A stretch of 64,000 bases of DNA from NCBI GenBank assembly GCA_022813865.1, contig JALDZX010000033.1:1-64000 (forward strand). Direction: 5' to 3'. This document shows positions 35,069 to 47,767 of the stretch, piece after piece (positions within the stretch are counted from its first letter, which is position 1; the number at the start of each line of letters is the position of its first letter). The position numbers and the translations under genes were made by a program. A model generated the notes under the pieces. The model saw only the letters and a program-made list of their open reading frames with translations. It ran no database searches and was not told the DNA's origin. The DNA comes from Xylographa opegraphella. Its lineage: Eukaryota.

Positions 35069-37118
35069 ATGGAGGGTTCACCTTCCAAGCGGAGAAGGCT
35101 GTCACCCATCACTTCGACCATCGCCCCAGCCACAGGTGACGCGTCCGACTATCAATCGCAGCCGACTCATGATTATGAAGCTCTACCACGAACGCCACGT
35201 CAAGCGTCATTCTTATCACCAACCAAAGCTAGCCTCGCTCAACATAGTCCAAGCCTGTTACCGCGACCGAAGTCGGCGGGAGATGTTGTTCAGGCAGAGA
35301 ATGTAAGCAAGGCGGTATACAGGCAGCATGGGGAGAAACCTCGTCGATACTCGAGCGGACTCAATCCGGTCGCACTGCGTTCTATAACTCCATTGACGAG
35401 TCCGACTGAGTTGGCAGGGCATCAATGGGCACCTACAGTCTCCCTTCAAAGAAAATCTATACCCCTAGCCAGAGGAACATCTGTTGCACCAAAGCCGAGA
35501 CCACGAACACCACGTCGTGTATCGTCGTCGTCACCAATATCTCACGCTCCAGCCATCCTAGCATCACCGCCTAGACCAGTGCAAGAATTAGAAGCAGAGT
35601 TGGAGGACACTGTTGGCCAACAGCATGAATCTGAAGTTCACCCAAACACGACACGTCCACTACCAAATAATCCAGCACCAAGACCATTGGATCACATTGG
35701 AATAGAAAAGGATTATGAAGAGCCTGAACTGCCTCTAACGCCCACGCAACTAGGACTCGAAGTCCCTCCTGAGCCACCTAAAGGACTCCTTTACAGTAGC
35801 CCAAGCCGTCGATCAAGTAGGAGGAATGGTAGCAGTATCAAATCATCGCCGCTTAAGCCTACCGATACGCCACTTAGGGTCTGTCCCCGTAGTCTGCTTG
35901 GTAAGAAGCGTGCTGCTACGGACGATCCAACAAATGTTAGGCCAAAAGCCGTAGATGCTCCGGACGATGCTGAGACGGTTGCAAAGAAACAGATTCGGGA
36001 CGAGCTCCTTCTTCAATATCAGGAGTTGAATGACGATGTGGCGGAAATGGAGAGAGCAGCCCGTCAAGCGGATGTTGGAGGCCTGGTACAACCTGACAAG
36101 CTGATGTAAGTTCTGCTTCAGATTACTGGTGTTTCGTATGCTAATCTATTACAGTTCCATCATCACTTCTTCTAATTCAAGCCGTCAGCGTGCCCTGATA
36201 CACGAGAAGAATGTTTCGATATCATCCCGCGTTGCGCAATTCATGCCTTTCTCGAAACCACTAGTATCACGCAAACAACCAGATCCTACCTCCTCGTTAC
36301 CTATACCCTCACATAATCCTCTTCAACTTGAGGACCCTTTACCTCATCTACAGGTATTCACGTCATTGACCATAGACTCGGTTAGCTCCATTGTCCCATC
36401 GTCTGAGAGTAGTCAGCCATGGCTACAACATCACGACATTACATTCACCTCTACTGAGAATCTTCTCCGTATAGGGCTACATTTGAGTGTGAACCCGGCA
36501 GATCAATCTGTCAATTCTCTTACTGTAGATTCGGTGTCTTCATGGGCCAAATCTGAGCTTGGTGATTGGTTAAATGATCAGGCGTCTTCGGGCGATTTAC
36601 CTATAATTGGGTGGGCTTGTGGAAAGTATTGGGAAGTTGCTCTCCTGAGGGCGCGATGCTGGAAACGTTGTTACCAGCGGTTTCGAGGCTTGATTTGTGC
36701 TACCTTAGAATCTAATAGCGACGAAATCTACGTTGGCAACGATACAGCAGGCCCAACACGCAAACCTAGCCAGGGTGACGGAGATGAAGCTTACCTTGAC
36801 GGATCAGAAGATAGGGAGGATTTGCAACCAAATCTGGGTATGTCTGACTCTGATGTCCGTTCCAGGCTCGGCCAGCAATCCATCCTCTTCTCAGCATTCA
36901 GTGTTTCATTTCTAGTTACCTGGCGAATAAATTTCAACTGGACCGGTGAGGTGGAGAGTTTCGTGTCTGCCTGCACGTCGTTTCCTAAGGCCTGGCAGAA
37001 CGCAGATGAAAGAGCTTCACTTGGGAACATAAGTAAAGTTTTTGATCGGCTAGTCCAGGATAGAGGTGTCTTCGAGGCTGCAAGAATTATTGTGGGATTA
37101 CTATACGAACAAAACTGA
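35069..37118 (+). CDS. hypothetical nuclear protein; C-terminus resembles kinetochore subunit CENP-P/Ctf19
   Basis: Two ORFs joined by one intron (GTAAGT...CTAAT...CAG). NLS-like PSKRRR, an SP/TP-rich disordered N-half, a short coiled coil, and a folded C-terminal half ending VTWRINFNWTGEV..FP..D..VFDRLV..GVFEAARIIVGLL. Confidence 0.7.
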
Positions 37119-37710
37119 AGCTGAGAAACCCCAAACGTACCAATATGGTACGTGCCAATTGCGATGGTGGAACATTAGAAGATTGAGGTAGAAAGGGTTA
37201 TTAGCGGAGATGCGATATTAAGATCTTGGGGGGAGTGCCATGTGGGACAGTTCCCGGCGAAACAATCAGTGACAAGATTATGATCCGCTTTTGGTATCTA
37301 CAGTGTTGCTCGTGGGTTAGCGATTCTACTTACAGTTCTCTCATTTGCTCAAACAGGATGTGAAGACCTTTAAATCGAGAAGTTTTGGCAGCGCGGCTTA
37401 TGAAGAGAAACTTCGACTAGGATACTGCAAGCGAATCGTCCGAGGCGTAGCGAAATTCCTGCAGATATAACCCGATTGCAATAATGTCTCGGAGGAATCA
37501 TAAATATCGAAGAACGACTCTCGTATATTTAGGGGATGAAATGTGCTGAGATGTACTTTGTCTTTCTGAGTTAGAAGATCAATACCACCACAATAGGCCC
37601 AGTAGCATAATCCATATCCTACGCGGTCTTCTGCTTCTTCGGACTTGGCTATGAAACCCGTAATCGATAGATCCGTATGACAATACTACATACAGTGTTT
37701 GTATCCGCTC

Positions 37711-38799
37711 CTACCCAGCTCCTGCTTTTCCGGTCAGACTCCCACTGCCACGACTGGAGAAAATCCCCATGATCCCAAATCCCACGTAGAATAGCATCAG
37801 CGGATAGGCAACCAGCGGCCTCATACTCCTCATCCTGCCGACTGCACAAAACATTCCACTGCTGCTATACGTGCACCATGCCACCGCCATGCTCGTCAAG
37901 ATATAGCCCACCGCAGTATCCATGGGTAACGCAACGCCCAACAGACTGATCAGTACAAGCGGCAATAAGCAATATCCAAGGACGCTTGTGCTACGAAAAA
38001 ATGTAAGTGTGCTCATCGCCTCTGGCTGCTCGTGCATGCTGTGCGAACTCATGCCCATGGACATGCCTGGGGAGGTCATGGACGGGTGAGCGGTGTCGAG
38101 AAGGGGGTTGGACATGAGCGAAAAGATTGTGTGCAAGGAAACGGCGCCCACGAGGGCAAGGCCGTAGATGTAGCCGAAGTGGACCTTGCCGCTGAAGAGG
38201 AGAAAGAAGCCGAAGAGGAGGAAGAAGAGGATGGGACCAAAGAGGTCGGAGTCGTCCATGATGTGTTGGTCAATACGCGCGAAGGGATTCAGGACTGTGA
38301 GAGTCTATGGCTTGGAAGTCAGTCTAGTCCACCACATGAAGATGGAACGGGCGCAATGACAGCTGCCAAAAGCCATGTCGCGAACTAGGAACCAAAGCAT
38401 TCTGGCCCATTGGCTTTGAGGTAATGATACTGCCACTCGTACCTTGACCTTGATATGCCCAAAATTCACACCAAGCTCTTCCAGCAGCGGTGGCTCCCCA
38501 TCGTAGCCTTCAGTCCCGAAAGCTGCCAGCCATCCAGTCCTCAAGCCCCCCTGTTCTCCCATTCTTCCTGTCACCCCTTGTCCACCAGGCCCGAAATTTG
38601 CAGAGGACATGAAGCCGGTCGGGGTGCCATAGCTGGGATACGCGGGGCCAGGCTGCTGCAGTGGGTTCCCACCGCCATAAGGAGAGGTGTAACGTGCCTG
38701 GGCTGGATCGGAAACCGGCGCGCCGTATGTTGAAGGGTAGAACTGGAGGTTTTGCGCGGCATAGGCTGGTTGCTGGGGTTGTTGGTAGAATTGGGCCAT
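37711..38799 (-). CDS. YIP1: Yip1-family ER-Golgi transport membrane protein
   Basis: Motifs EPPLLEELGVNFGHIK, MDDSDLFGP, GKVHFGYIYG, SVLGYCLLPLV and LVAYPLMLFY. One intron. Confidence 0.95.
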
Positions 38800-39208
38800 T
38801 GCGGCCTGCAACGTATGGTTGTGGATCAGTCAACCTTTAGTCGTTATTCCGTGAACCTGGGGTAGTCGTGATCGATAGCTCTATAATTGGCAAAGCTTCC
38901 GTAGACCAGGTCATCAAGTTGAAACGGGCACCGTGCTACAGTTTTTCGCCAAAGTTTTGGCGGCGCAAGAAGGTGAGACGTGGTTCAAATAATAGGCACC
39001 TTCAGTTTACACCGCAAATATGCCCTACTAGCGATCCACTATGATCCAAGATGGTTCGAAGTGCGTACTGACCAGTGACCGACCGACACATGAGCTGTCT
39101 ACTGGTCTATCGAAAGTTTCTCCATTATTCATTGATCTGGGTATCTAGAGAGAACACATACATTCCCACCACTGAACACCGGTATATGCTTGTGCAGGCC
39201 TCTCATCA

Positions 39209-40148
39209 TCAAGTGTTCCCACCCAGTAGTCTAGCCAACAGCACGTACCCAATCACGACCAAACCGCCAACCATTAACTTGTTTCGTCTTATCCAGCTCT
39301 GCCCGGCATCTCTAGCAGCCTGACCACCCTCAACCACGGCGCCCAGGCCAGCAGCACTTCCACCTAGCCTTCTTCTTAAAGCTACTGTTTCAGGCGAGCA
39401 AACACTTGAAGCAGGAGCATTGGGATCGGGGACTGCGTTCCCGGTAACAGGGTCAATCCGATTCGCCTTCATCCACTTCCAGTTCTCTTCGTCCAGTTCG
39501 GGCCACTCTGCCTTGAATTTGACGCCACCATCACCTGCCTTTATAGCCCCGATACCCTTGGCTGTAGCTGTGACTCCAGGTACAGATCGAGAACTGGTTC
39601 CACCACCTGTCGAATTCCACCAATGTGTTCTGCCAGCCGCCCATTTGCGTTCAGCTTCGGTGGCATGAACACTGCCCGTAGTCATCTCGTCGCTTGTCAT
39701 GAATGACATGAGTCCAATCAGAATCGTCGAGACTTCCCATGCTGGATTGAATGACTTTGGATGGAAGTCTGAAATGCTCAGACAAAGGCGAGTTGAAGGC
39801 TGAAATCGTCCAGAAGGGGTGTGCATGCGGATCGCTGGTGGCGCAAAGGGGTATTCCGGAGGAAACATCAAGGTACCCCAATATTGGCCACCTTCATATG
39901 GTGTTTTGGGGGGTCCAGTTAGAATATAATGCCATCTGTCAACAACGTGAGTCAAGGGGACGAGAGCAGAAGAAGCAGCGCATACGTACTCTAAGATATT
40001 TGATTCTGAAGGATGGGCAACAATATAGGGAGGCGGGTTCTGTTGAATGGTCTGGTACTCCCGAGTGAGCTAGAAAGCGGTCAGTCAATCGTGCTGTCGA
40101 ACTGAGAGGGTAAACCTGTACCCGCTTGTTCGCTGCCCTGGTCGCCAT
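39209..40148 (-). CDS. UBC6: ER tail-anchored ubiquitin-conjugating enzyme E2
   Basis: MATRAANKR|LTREY..., then WHYILTGPPKTPYEGGQYWG, active site RLCLSISDFHP, and a C-terminal TM anchor. Confidence 0.96.
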
Positions 40149-40420
40149 TCAAGCACAATTCAGAGTTGACAACGCACCCCAGAGAGCATGAGACTACCCC
40201 GCTAAATATACAAGTTGAGGATTTATGATCACAAGCGGTTGCTCATCCCTCAGAGGTTGTGCTTTGTGATGGAACACGATGACAAGATGGGATGGTGCTA
40301 TTCGACCATTATTCTTCGCGTAAGGCTGAATCCTGCTTAGCCTTAAGCTAGCCCAGCTCGCATACGCCCAGAGCCAAAGCTTCTAGAGCCTCGCATGCGC
40401 GATTTGAGAATGAACTTCAG

Positions 40421-42159
40421 ATGGCCGAGCCATTGGATACCGAGGATCATGTAAGTTCTTTCAACTCATCTTTGTATAGCTGATGGGACATATAAACATT
40501 GGCTGAAAGTACTCGGGGCGCAGATATTCGAAACCCTTCAAAAACAAGTAGATCCTAAGCTCTCAGCGGCCAAATCCCAAGCTGCCCAGGAAAGGGAGCG
40601 TGAGTACTATGAAAAGGCACAGCGGAGATTTGGAGATCTGGTTCGTTCCATGATATACTGTTCCTCCCGTCTTACCCAGCGCTTTGCTAAGCTCAAGTAT
40701 AGGTAGGCACCAATTCGACCTTGCCATGTACTATATCTTCAATTCGCCTGCTCAACGCAAACAACACGCGAAAAGGCTTTCTTGCGAGGATATTCGATCC
40801 CATACTTAGCGCCAATCAAGACAGACCCTATACACTCGCCGAAGCTATTCGGGAGGTTTCAATTGGGGCCGACAAACTGCACAAGTTTGGTGATTTATCC
40901 TCGGTTATGCTTGATCTGCTGCCGCAGTACTAATCTCGCGTTCAGATATATTTCATGAACCTATCTCGATATTTCTGGACAAGCCTTCCCAGACTGATCC
41001 ATCTACGACAGCATCTGACCTCGATGTATACCTCTCCGTAAAAGAAAAGTCGAGGATTCTTTTGAAAACTGGCACAGATGTTGGCAATGCCGAGGGATCA
41101 GCATATGGCACCTTATTGCTAAGAAATGTCTTCGGGGGAGCAGAGACTTTCAACGTCAATGCTTCTCTAGGTACAAGGACAAGGTCCGCCTACCAAGCAA
41201 CTTTCGAAACACCGATCCTCAGCAATCCCGATCTGAGGGTCGAAGTCGGGGGCCTGGCAAGTTCTACGGACAAGAGCTGGGCTAGTCATGAAGAAGTTTT
41301 AAAGGGTGGATGGGCAAAGCTGAGGTGGATCGCAAATAGCGGACATAAGCATGAATTCGGATACAATGGAATTTGGCGGCAAATTACAGGACTGGCCAGC
41401 AACGCGTCACCCACTGTTCGTGCTGACGCCGGCGATACTGTCAAGAGTAGCATATCATATACATGGATCACCGATCGTCGAAACAATCCGTTGTTACCCT
41501 CCCGAGGCTACTATGCCAAAACACTATCCGAAATCGCAGGTTGGGGCCCACTGCAGGGTGACGTTGCTTTCTGGAAATCCGAGGTAGAGACCCAAGCGGC
41601 CCTTTCGGTCCCGATACCAGGAGTCGAGGGTGACAGCGGAGTATCCTTCACTACTGGTATACGTGCAGGCGTACTCTACCCTCTGGCTCCGGCCTCGGAA
41701 CGCAAAGCTGAAGCCTCGCACCTGAACGATCGTTTCCAGCTCGGAGGCCCGACAGATGTTCGCGGCTTCCGGCTTGCAGGTTTAGGTCCAAGAGATGGCA
41801 CCGATGCCGTGGGTGGGGACGTCTATGCTGCCGGGAGTGCGAATCTCCTTTTCCCGGTGCCCGGAGTTGGAGCTGAGCGGCCATTCCGGATACAGGCCTT
41901 CCTCAACGGCGGACGGCTGCTTGCTCTCAAGCATTCCGGCAGAGACGGCAGCAAAGACGCAAGTACGACGCAGCAGAGCGTGTGTTCCACGATAGCGGAA
42001 CTGGGAAGCGGCCTTCCGAGTATGGCTGCCGGGGTTGGACTTGTATATGCGCACCCGGTGGCGCGGTTCGAGCTAAATTTCTCGTTACCACTGGTATTGA
42101 GGAAAGGGGAAGATGCTAGGAAAGGTCTTCAGTTCGGAATTGGCATCAACTTGCTGTAG
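40421..42159 (+). CDS. SAM50: mitochondrial outer-membrane beta-barrel assembly protein Sam50/Tob55 (Omp85 family)
   Basis: Motifs RNVFGGAET, DRFQLGGPTDVRGF and ARFELNFSLPL, with C-terminal beta-signal GLQFGIGINLL. Three introns in the 5' part. Confidence 0.95.
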
Positions 42160-42463
42160 CCGCGACGTCATCCATGCCTTCTGTATATGGGCGTTTGACA
42201 ACGTAGCCGAGCTCCGGGTGCCGTTGTGAATAACAGGGTCGAGGTATTGCTCCCGGCTTCGCCTTAAGCAGATATGGAGCATTAGAAATCAAAGGGTTGA
42301 ATACACTTCTGAGGTCCACACAAAATCATAATTTATGCCGGAGAAGCAAAACTTAGCATAGTTAGATCAGGAATATGGTTCTCGGTGGCCGACACAAAGG
42401 AACGTATATCTTTTAAGTAACGACTTCTATCCGTGATATCTAAGCAGCCAGGCAATGTTCCAA

Positions 42464-44770
42464 TCAACGGGAAGTCTCGGCTCTCGTCGGTGCCCAATTC
42501 CTTAACCAGCGCCTCGCATTGCCAAGGTCTCCACCTTCCGCTTCCAAAGCAGCCATACACCATGGCAGGTCATAACCGCCAACCGCCTGCCCCTCACTCT
42601 CGTCCTCAACCGCTATCATATCAGCCAGCACCCGTCGTTTTTGACTTGCCTCATCGGTGCAAAAGTGTAGTGGGTGGCTGCCGTCGTTCATAAGATGCTC
42701 CAAGGTAGGCTTGATCAAGCCCATGGCCTCCTTGGAAGTTACAGGTTCTCCTGGCCTTTCCGAGCCCAAATATCTCCGGCCTGTCTTGCAGTATTCATTC
42801 CGGCACCAGTCCTTGCCACACCCAGTCAGTAATTGCGTGAGGTATCGTCTCTCCACGCGCCGCCTTAGCGCTTTGCCTTCAGGATCATAGGCGTTGTTGT
42901 AAAGCGGGCCATAGCATGTATCACATAGTCCGATGTCATTTCCACTGGCCTTGGGTCTTCGAATTTCACCATTAGGCCCGATTCCGTCCAGTGTACGACC
43001 GCAATTGATATTTCTACATATCCTAGGAGTGATCCGAGATAGGCGCTCCAGATCGTGATGCCTGAGATGGGTCGACATATCTCGAAGACGAATGATCTTG
43101 CCGCACATATGGCATTCGGTTGTCCTCGCTCCATCAACTAGTTCGTGTGGCGTAAGCCCTGAGAATATAACTTCAGGATCGGTGACGCTTGGATCGTCGG
43201 GACCCTGCTGTGGCACCAATAAGTGGCAGAACTGACACAGTATCAATTTGCCTGAACAGGTCGTCGTGCGGTGATGTGCAAGCTCTGAAACGTTCCTGGC
43301 CTCAAAGCCACAATTTGTACAGACATTCGTGACGTGAAATAAATTATCATGCTTGCTATGCAGCTCGGAGGTGTTGCCATGTGCGTCATCCTGAGGACAG
43401 TGCCAGTGGTTTTTCCATTCGGGTGACGACTTCTTGAAAACTTCTTGGCAGTTAGAGCATAGGATGTTATTCCGATAACAGAACGAATCATGTAATATCA
43501 TGGTTCTTTTAGGAACCCACTGTAAGCAATTTTTGCACTGACTTTCTTCCGCGGACGACGGTCTGTACTCTTGCCCTGAATTGGCATTGTTTTCGGAACT
43601 ATCAGCTACTGATATGTGAAGAGAATATGGCAAAGGAAGCTGTTTATTTGATTGTGGTTCCAAATCTATGTCCTTGGACTGGTAGCCCCGTACTGAAATC
43701 CAAAGAGCCTCGGCTCCTTCAATCCCAGCATTGCTGTGTTGGATTCGTATCCGCTTTGTTGGTCTTCCAGACATATCGCCAAATATATGGGTGTCGTCCC
43801 TCGGTCTTACACGCTGCTTAGCCGAATATGGACTAACGAACAAGTCGACCATACCATCTGACTCGCCACCTAGGAGTTCGACTTCTATTGCTTTGGATCG
43901 ATCCCACTCTTGCACAGTATAGTCCACATACTCGTCCGGCAGTACCTGACCTTGCTCTTCCTTGTCCACCGAAATGTGGCCGCCGGGTGAGCTTCCATGT
44001 CCGGTGCCGGGACCACGCTGAGTTTTTTCCAAACGTCTCTTCAGGGTCTCCCTTGCCTGTTCTTCATTGAGGGCCTCGATGTCCACCTCAAGGTCTGTGT
44101 CGACTATGCAAATGCCGTCACCCTCGGGCACCACTTTGTCTATGAGAAATCTATACTCGCCCTTGCCGCTCGGGATACCGAAGATCTCGCCCTTGGTCAA
44201 CGTCGTAAACGTGTCGCGCATGTGGCGTTCGAGAAGTGCTTTCCAGTCTTCTGGGTCATAGCCAGACTCAAGAGGCCGAAGACGCACAAAGGTACCCTTG
44301 GGCAGCTGCTGGACGTGAACCGTCAGCCGTGGGGTACCGGCACCTTCCTCAATAGCCACAGACTCGACGTCATCCTGCTTGAGTCCGAGGGACTGCCGTA
44401 GAAATTGACTCAGTTCGATGTGATCCTCCTCGGCTGAGAACTCTCGAACCCCGGCATAAACAATATTGCCATTCTGGGGGTTGACTATACGGAATGTTAG
44501 AGGCTGTGGAAGCTGCTGACGAACTTCGTATGATTGAAGTCGTGCCTGACGCTCGGCAGCATAGGAGTGAGGATTGAAAGGATCGAAGGCGTCGGTATGG
44601 AGATTTGGGTGAGTCTCCGATGGTACAGTGACTGTTGCGGCAGACAGAAGTTGTTCTAGTGCAGAAGGGGGTAAGATTATCTTGTCGCCTTGAAGCTTTC
44701 GTGTAGAAGTCGAGGGCGATATTTGCAGTTGGGTTGACCATCGTAATGGCGGGACTGCTGTCGTACTCAT
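42464..44770 (-). CDS. UFD1-domain protein with TRAF-type zinc fingers and UBA-like C-terminus
   Basis: 768-aa ORF. UFD1-like motifs GDKIILPPSALEQL, YAGVREFSAEE, LPKGTFVRLRPL and VDTDLEVDIE. Repeated CxxC..H..C fingers, YLTQLLTGCGKDWCRNEYC, and AALEAEGGDLGNARRWL. Confidence 0.88.
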   Translation of the reverse strand: MSTTAVPPLRWSTQLQISPSTSTRKLQGDKIILPPSALEQLLSAATVTVPSETHPNLHTDAFDPFNPHSYAAERQARLQSYEVRQQLPQPLTFRIVNPQNGNIVYAGVREFSAEEDHIELSQFLRQSLGLKQDDVESVAIEEGAGTPRLTVHVQQLPKGTFVRLRPLESGYDPEDWKALLERHMRDTFTTLTKGEIFGIPSGKGEYRFLIDKVVPEGDGICIVDTDLEVDIEALNEEQARETLKRRLEKTQRGPGTGHGSSPGGHISVDKEEQGQVLPDEYVDYTVQEWDRSKAIEVELLGGESDGMVDLFVSPYSAKQRVRPRDDTHIFGDMSGRPTKRIRIQHSNAGIEGAEALWISVRGYQSKDIDLEPQSNKQLPLPYSLHISVADSSENNANSGQEYRPSSAEESQCKNCLQWVPKRTMILHDSFCYRNNILCSNCQEVFKKSSPEWKNHWHCPQDDAHGNTSELHSKHDNLFHVTNVCTNCGFEARNVSELAHHRTTTCSGKLILCQFCHLLVPQQGPDDPSVTDPEVIFSGLTPHELVDGARTTECHMCGKIIRLRDMSTHLRHHDLERLSRITPRICRNINCGRTLDGIGPNGEIRRPKASGNDIGLCDTCYGPLYNNAYDPEGKALRRRVERRYLTQLLTGCGKDWCRNEYCKTGRRYLGSERPGEPVTSKEAMGLIKPTLEHLMNDGSHPLHFCTDEASQKRRVLADMIAVEDESEGQAVGGYDLPWCMAALEAEGGDLGNARRWLRNWAPTRAETSR

Positions 44771-45269
44771 GGTGGATGGGGTGCTTGGCTGCTTGGAATT
44801 ACAAACAGTAGTTCATAGTATCCAGGCCACGGAGGACCTAGACACATATCAAATAGTGATTCATTGGGGATACTCATATTTCATTTGACTAATCTGAGAT
44901 ATCTATTGATTTCCATCTCCATCGAGGCCTTATCGATTACGGAGTAGACACGACAAATGAGCTAAGACGCTTCAAAGCGACGAGCTAACCCAGCCAGGGG
45001 CAGACGGCAAATAGACGCCATGGCCCCTAACTTTTAGGGGGGTAAGAGCTCGAGCGCGCCTAACAGCACGCTGTATCGCCCCGGACCAGTCCCTTGAAGC
45101 GTCCCTAGCACTCTGGTTGGATTACTGTGTATTATGTTATCTGCATGTTCGCCTCGAAATCGGGCGAGGACGGCGAATCTCAACCTCAACAAGCGCTACA
45201 AGAGATAATTGGATTCGTCTGAGATCGCTTCTATCAGGGACTGTAGACTATATTGAATAGGCACTTCCA

Positions 45270-46616
45270 ATGGGAGCCACAGAAATCGTACTACCGCCAC
45301 TCTTGGAGCTCCTGAACAACTCGCTTGTCCTTCACCAAATATGCCCATATATACCAATATCGGGACTGCTGAACCTTGCTGCGACGTCTAGATCTTTTCA
45401 TAGTTTCATATTTGGGATTCCGAATGTATTTCGATATCTCGACTTGTCTACCACTAAGGGTGGTGCTGTTGATTTTGCCCCGATTGATCCGGGTGGCGAG
45501 GTATGGAGGAGTGAGCGGATGGATGAAGCAGTAACCGAGGAAGATTTCTTCGCTGGACCTTCACGCGGAATATTTTCTACACTTCGGAGACGAGGAGTAC
45601 TTCAAGATGTCCAGACACTGATTCTTGATGGCCTATCAGTACCGTCGGAGGTAGTGAGAGAAATTATCTGCGATCCCTCTTTCAATGTTCGCATTCTATC
45701 GATTAAGGGGGTTAAAAATCTCAACGAGCGGAGACTGAAGCAAGTTTTGAAGGATATTTGTCGCCCTGACCGGCCAAAAGGTACTCCTAAGCTCAAGGGG
45801 CTATATTTCTTTGGTCCCGAACGCCGCAAAACAGGCGACTCACCGTTATTTTCACAACCTGCTGTGGTTCCTTCGCTCTCCTCTCAGGGCGTCACGACTT
45901 CCGTTGGCGCCCAGCTCGGAACGCAGTGGAACCAGAGATCGCAACATGCCTTGTCTTGCGTCGTGGGACCTGGTGCAGATCCGTGGTACCGACCTTCGGG
46001 CGTCTTGAGCTTTGCCGATCATGTAGCAGAATGGGCTGATGTTTTTTCGGTCTGTCGTGGTATCATAGCCTTCGACGGAATTCTTTGCAGAGGGCCGAGA
46101 CATGACACCTTGAGCTCAAAGGGAGATTTAAAGGGGGGCGCCGAGAAATTACTGGCAAGAGCTGGGCTTATGGCACCAGCGAGTGCTACCGTAGTACTTG
46201 GACCTGGTGGGTGTCAAGCATGCCACTCAGCGCCTGAAGGACTTGCCATACCGGGTGAAGTCCCAACGGACTACTTGCCACTTCTGGAACCACCCCCTCG
46301 TCATACCAGCTCTCTTCAGGTCGCTCGAAAAGTTTCTTGCGATATATCGCCGTCCGGAACGTTACCACTATTGGCAAGATGTAAAGCTTGCCTGGTCGAT
46401 CGATGGTGTGAAGGGTGCAACAAATTCTGGTGCGAGGGCTGCTATCAGACAAGTGAGACAAGTACATATACCCAAATGCAAAAAGTTGAGGCAATCGAGA
46501 ACAGCGAGGGGCCGGGGTTACGCATGGGCATAAAGGTACATCTTGGCCTCTGCATTGAAGACTGTCTTGTTGGGGAGATGTACAATGGTGCTGGAAGTGG
46601 CGGAATGTGGGGCTAG
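45270..46616 (+). CDS. F-box-like protein with Cys-rich C-terminal domain
   Basis: 448-aa ORF. N-terminal LLELLNNSLVLHQICPYIPISGLLNLAATSRSF is F-box-like, VQTLILDGL is LRR-like, and the C-terminus has CxxC..RWCxxCxKFWCxxC. Confidence 0.75.
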   Translation: MGATEIVLPPLLELLNNSLVLHQICPYIPISGLLNLAATSRSFHSFIFGIPNVFRYLDLSTTKGGAVDFAPIDPGGEVWRSERMDEAVTEEDFFAGPSRGIFSTLRRRGVLQDVQTLILDGLSVPSEVVREIICDPSFNVRILSIKGVKNLNERRLKQVLKDICRPDRPKGTPKLKGLYFFGPERRKTGDSPLFSQPAVVPSLSSQGVTTSVGAQLGTQWNQRSQHALSCVVGPGADPWYRPSGVLSFADHVAEWADVFSVCRGIIAFDGILCRGPRHDTLSSKGDLKGGAEKLLARAGLMAPASATVVLGPGGCQACHSAPEGLAIPGEVPTDYLPLLEPPPRHTSSLQVARKVSCDISPSGTLPLLARCKACLVDRWCEGCNKFWCEGCYQTSETSTYTQMQKVEAIENSEGPGLRMGIKVHLGLCIEDCLVGEMYNGAGSGGMWG

Positions 46617-47767
46617 AGTCTTTCTTCTGCTGCAATGGACACAGAGCAGTATCTCAGGCTTCTTTTCACAACTTGTGCGCTTATCTGCTTGTTCCTCGTA
46701 TATCGCTGATACCTCGTTCTTAGCGAGAATGTTTCGAATGTGGTCGTTTGGTGAGTCCCAAGAACGAAAACTCTGAGAGAATATTTTCCGCTGAAGACTG
46801 TAGTGTGAAAACTGCAATTTGTCACATCAACGAAACTGTCGATTGTGCGGAGGTGGGTACTGTATTGACCACAACGAAGGCTCAACGGCAGCGTCTGTAA
46901 GTAGATATCTCTGCACGCAATTGTTGATATCTTGTACTGATAGTGATTAGTGTGAGTGGTGCCAGTATGGGCGAAGAACACGGGAGCTTTATTGAACATA
47001 TCCATCCATATGTGATTATTATGGCTGGAATTGCTTCAAAAAAATCCCAAATGAGCGGAATTCCTGAACAGATAAACATGCAACCCATCACTGCCCAATG
47101 TGATGTAGACTCTTTCTGAAGCTCATAGTCTTGCAAGGACTTCCATACTACGGATGTTCCAAGCTTGGAAAGCGTTGTGCCTGATTTTGGGTGCACGCGT
47201 GAGAAGTGCTACTGACCGCCATCACATGTCATGGCCCCTCTACCTCAGCTCGGCCAGTGCGTTCATCTCATTCGAGGATACTCTACCACTTTCAACAGCG
47301 TTTCTCAGTTGTTCTCCATGTGAGATTGCTGCCTAGGTACCATATTCTGGGTTGCACTATCAACCTTTATTTATAAATGTCTAGAGATGCCTGCGTAATG
47401 GTTCTGGAGAGGCTATGGACGTTTCCAGAAGGTGCTTGCGATCAAGTTATTTATCCTACTTTATCGCTTCCAGGTCTTAGGCTGGGTTCCAGAGTCTCTA
47501 CAGTAAATCGGGGATTGGCCACTCTCGCTGGAGCGCTGGTAAAATGATTGGCATGGAAGCTCGTACAAAGAGACCAGGCTGCAAAACTAAACAATACAAG
47601 CGTTACTTGGTCAAGGCGAGAGCATGATAGGCTTCGAATTCAGCTGTGATTCTTATTGCAAAATACGCTTGCGAGGTCGGATGCCCCTATAAAAACATTC
47701 GTATCGACTTGAAATGGCACTAATCAAACCATTGGCTTGTGTGCCTCATGGAATCTTGGTAAGCATT

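Noticed and set aside
45023..45042. CCCTAA…TTAGGG telomere-like words in the UFD1-like/F-box promoter
   Set aside because: Single units only, so this is not an interstitial telomeric array.
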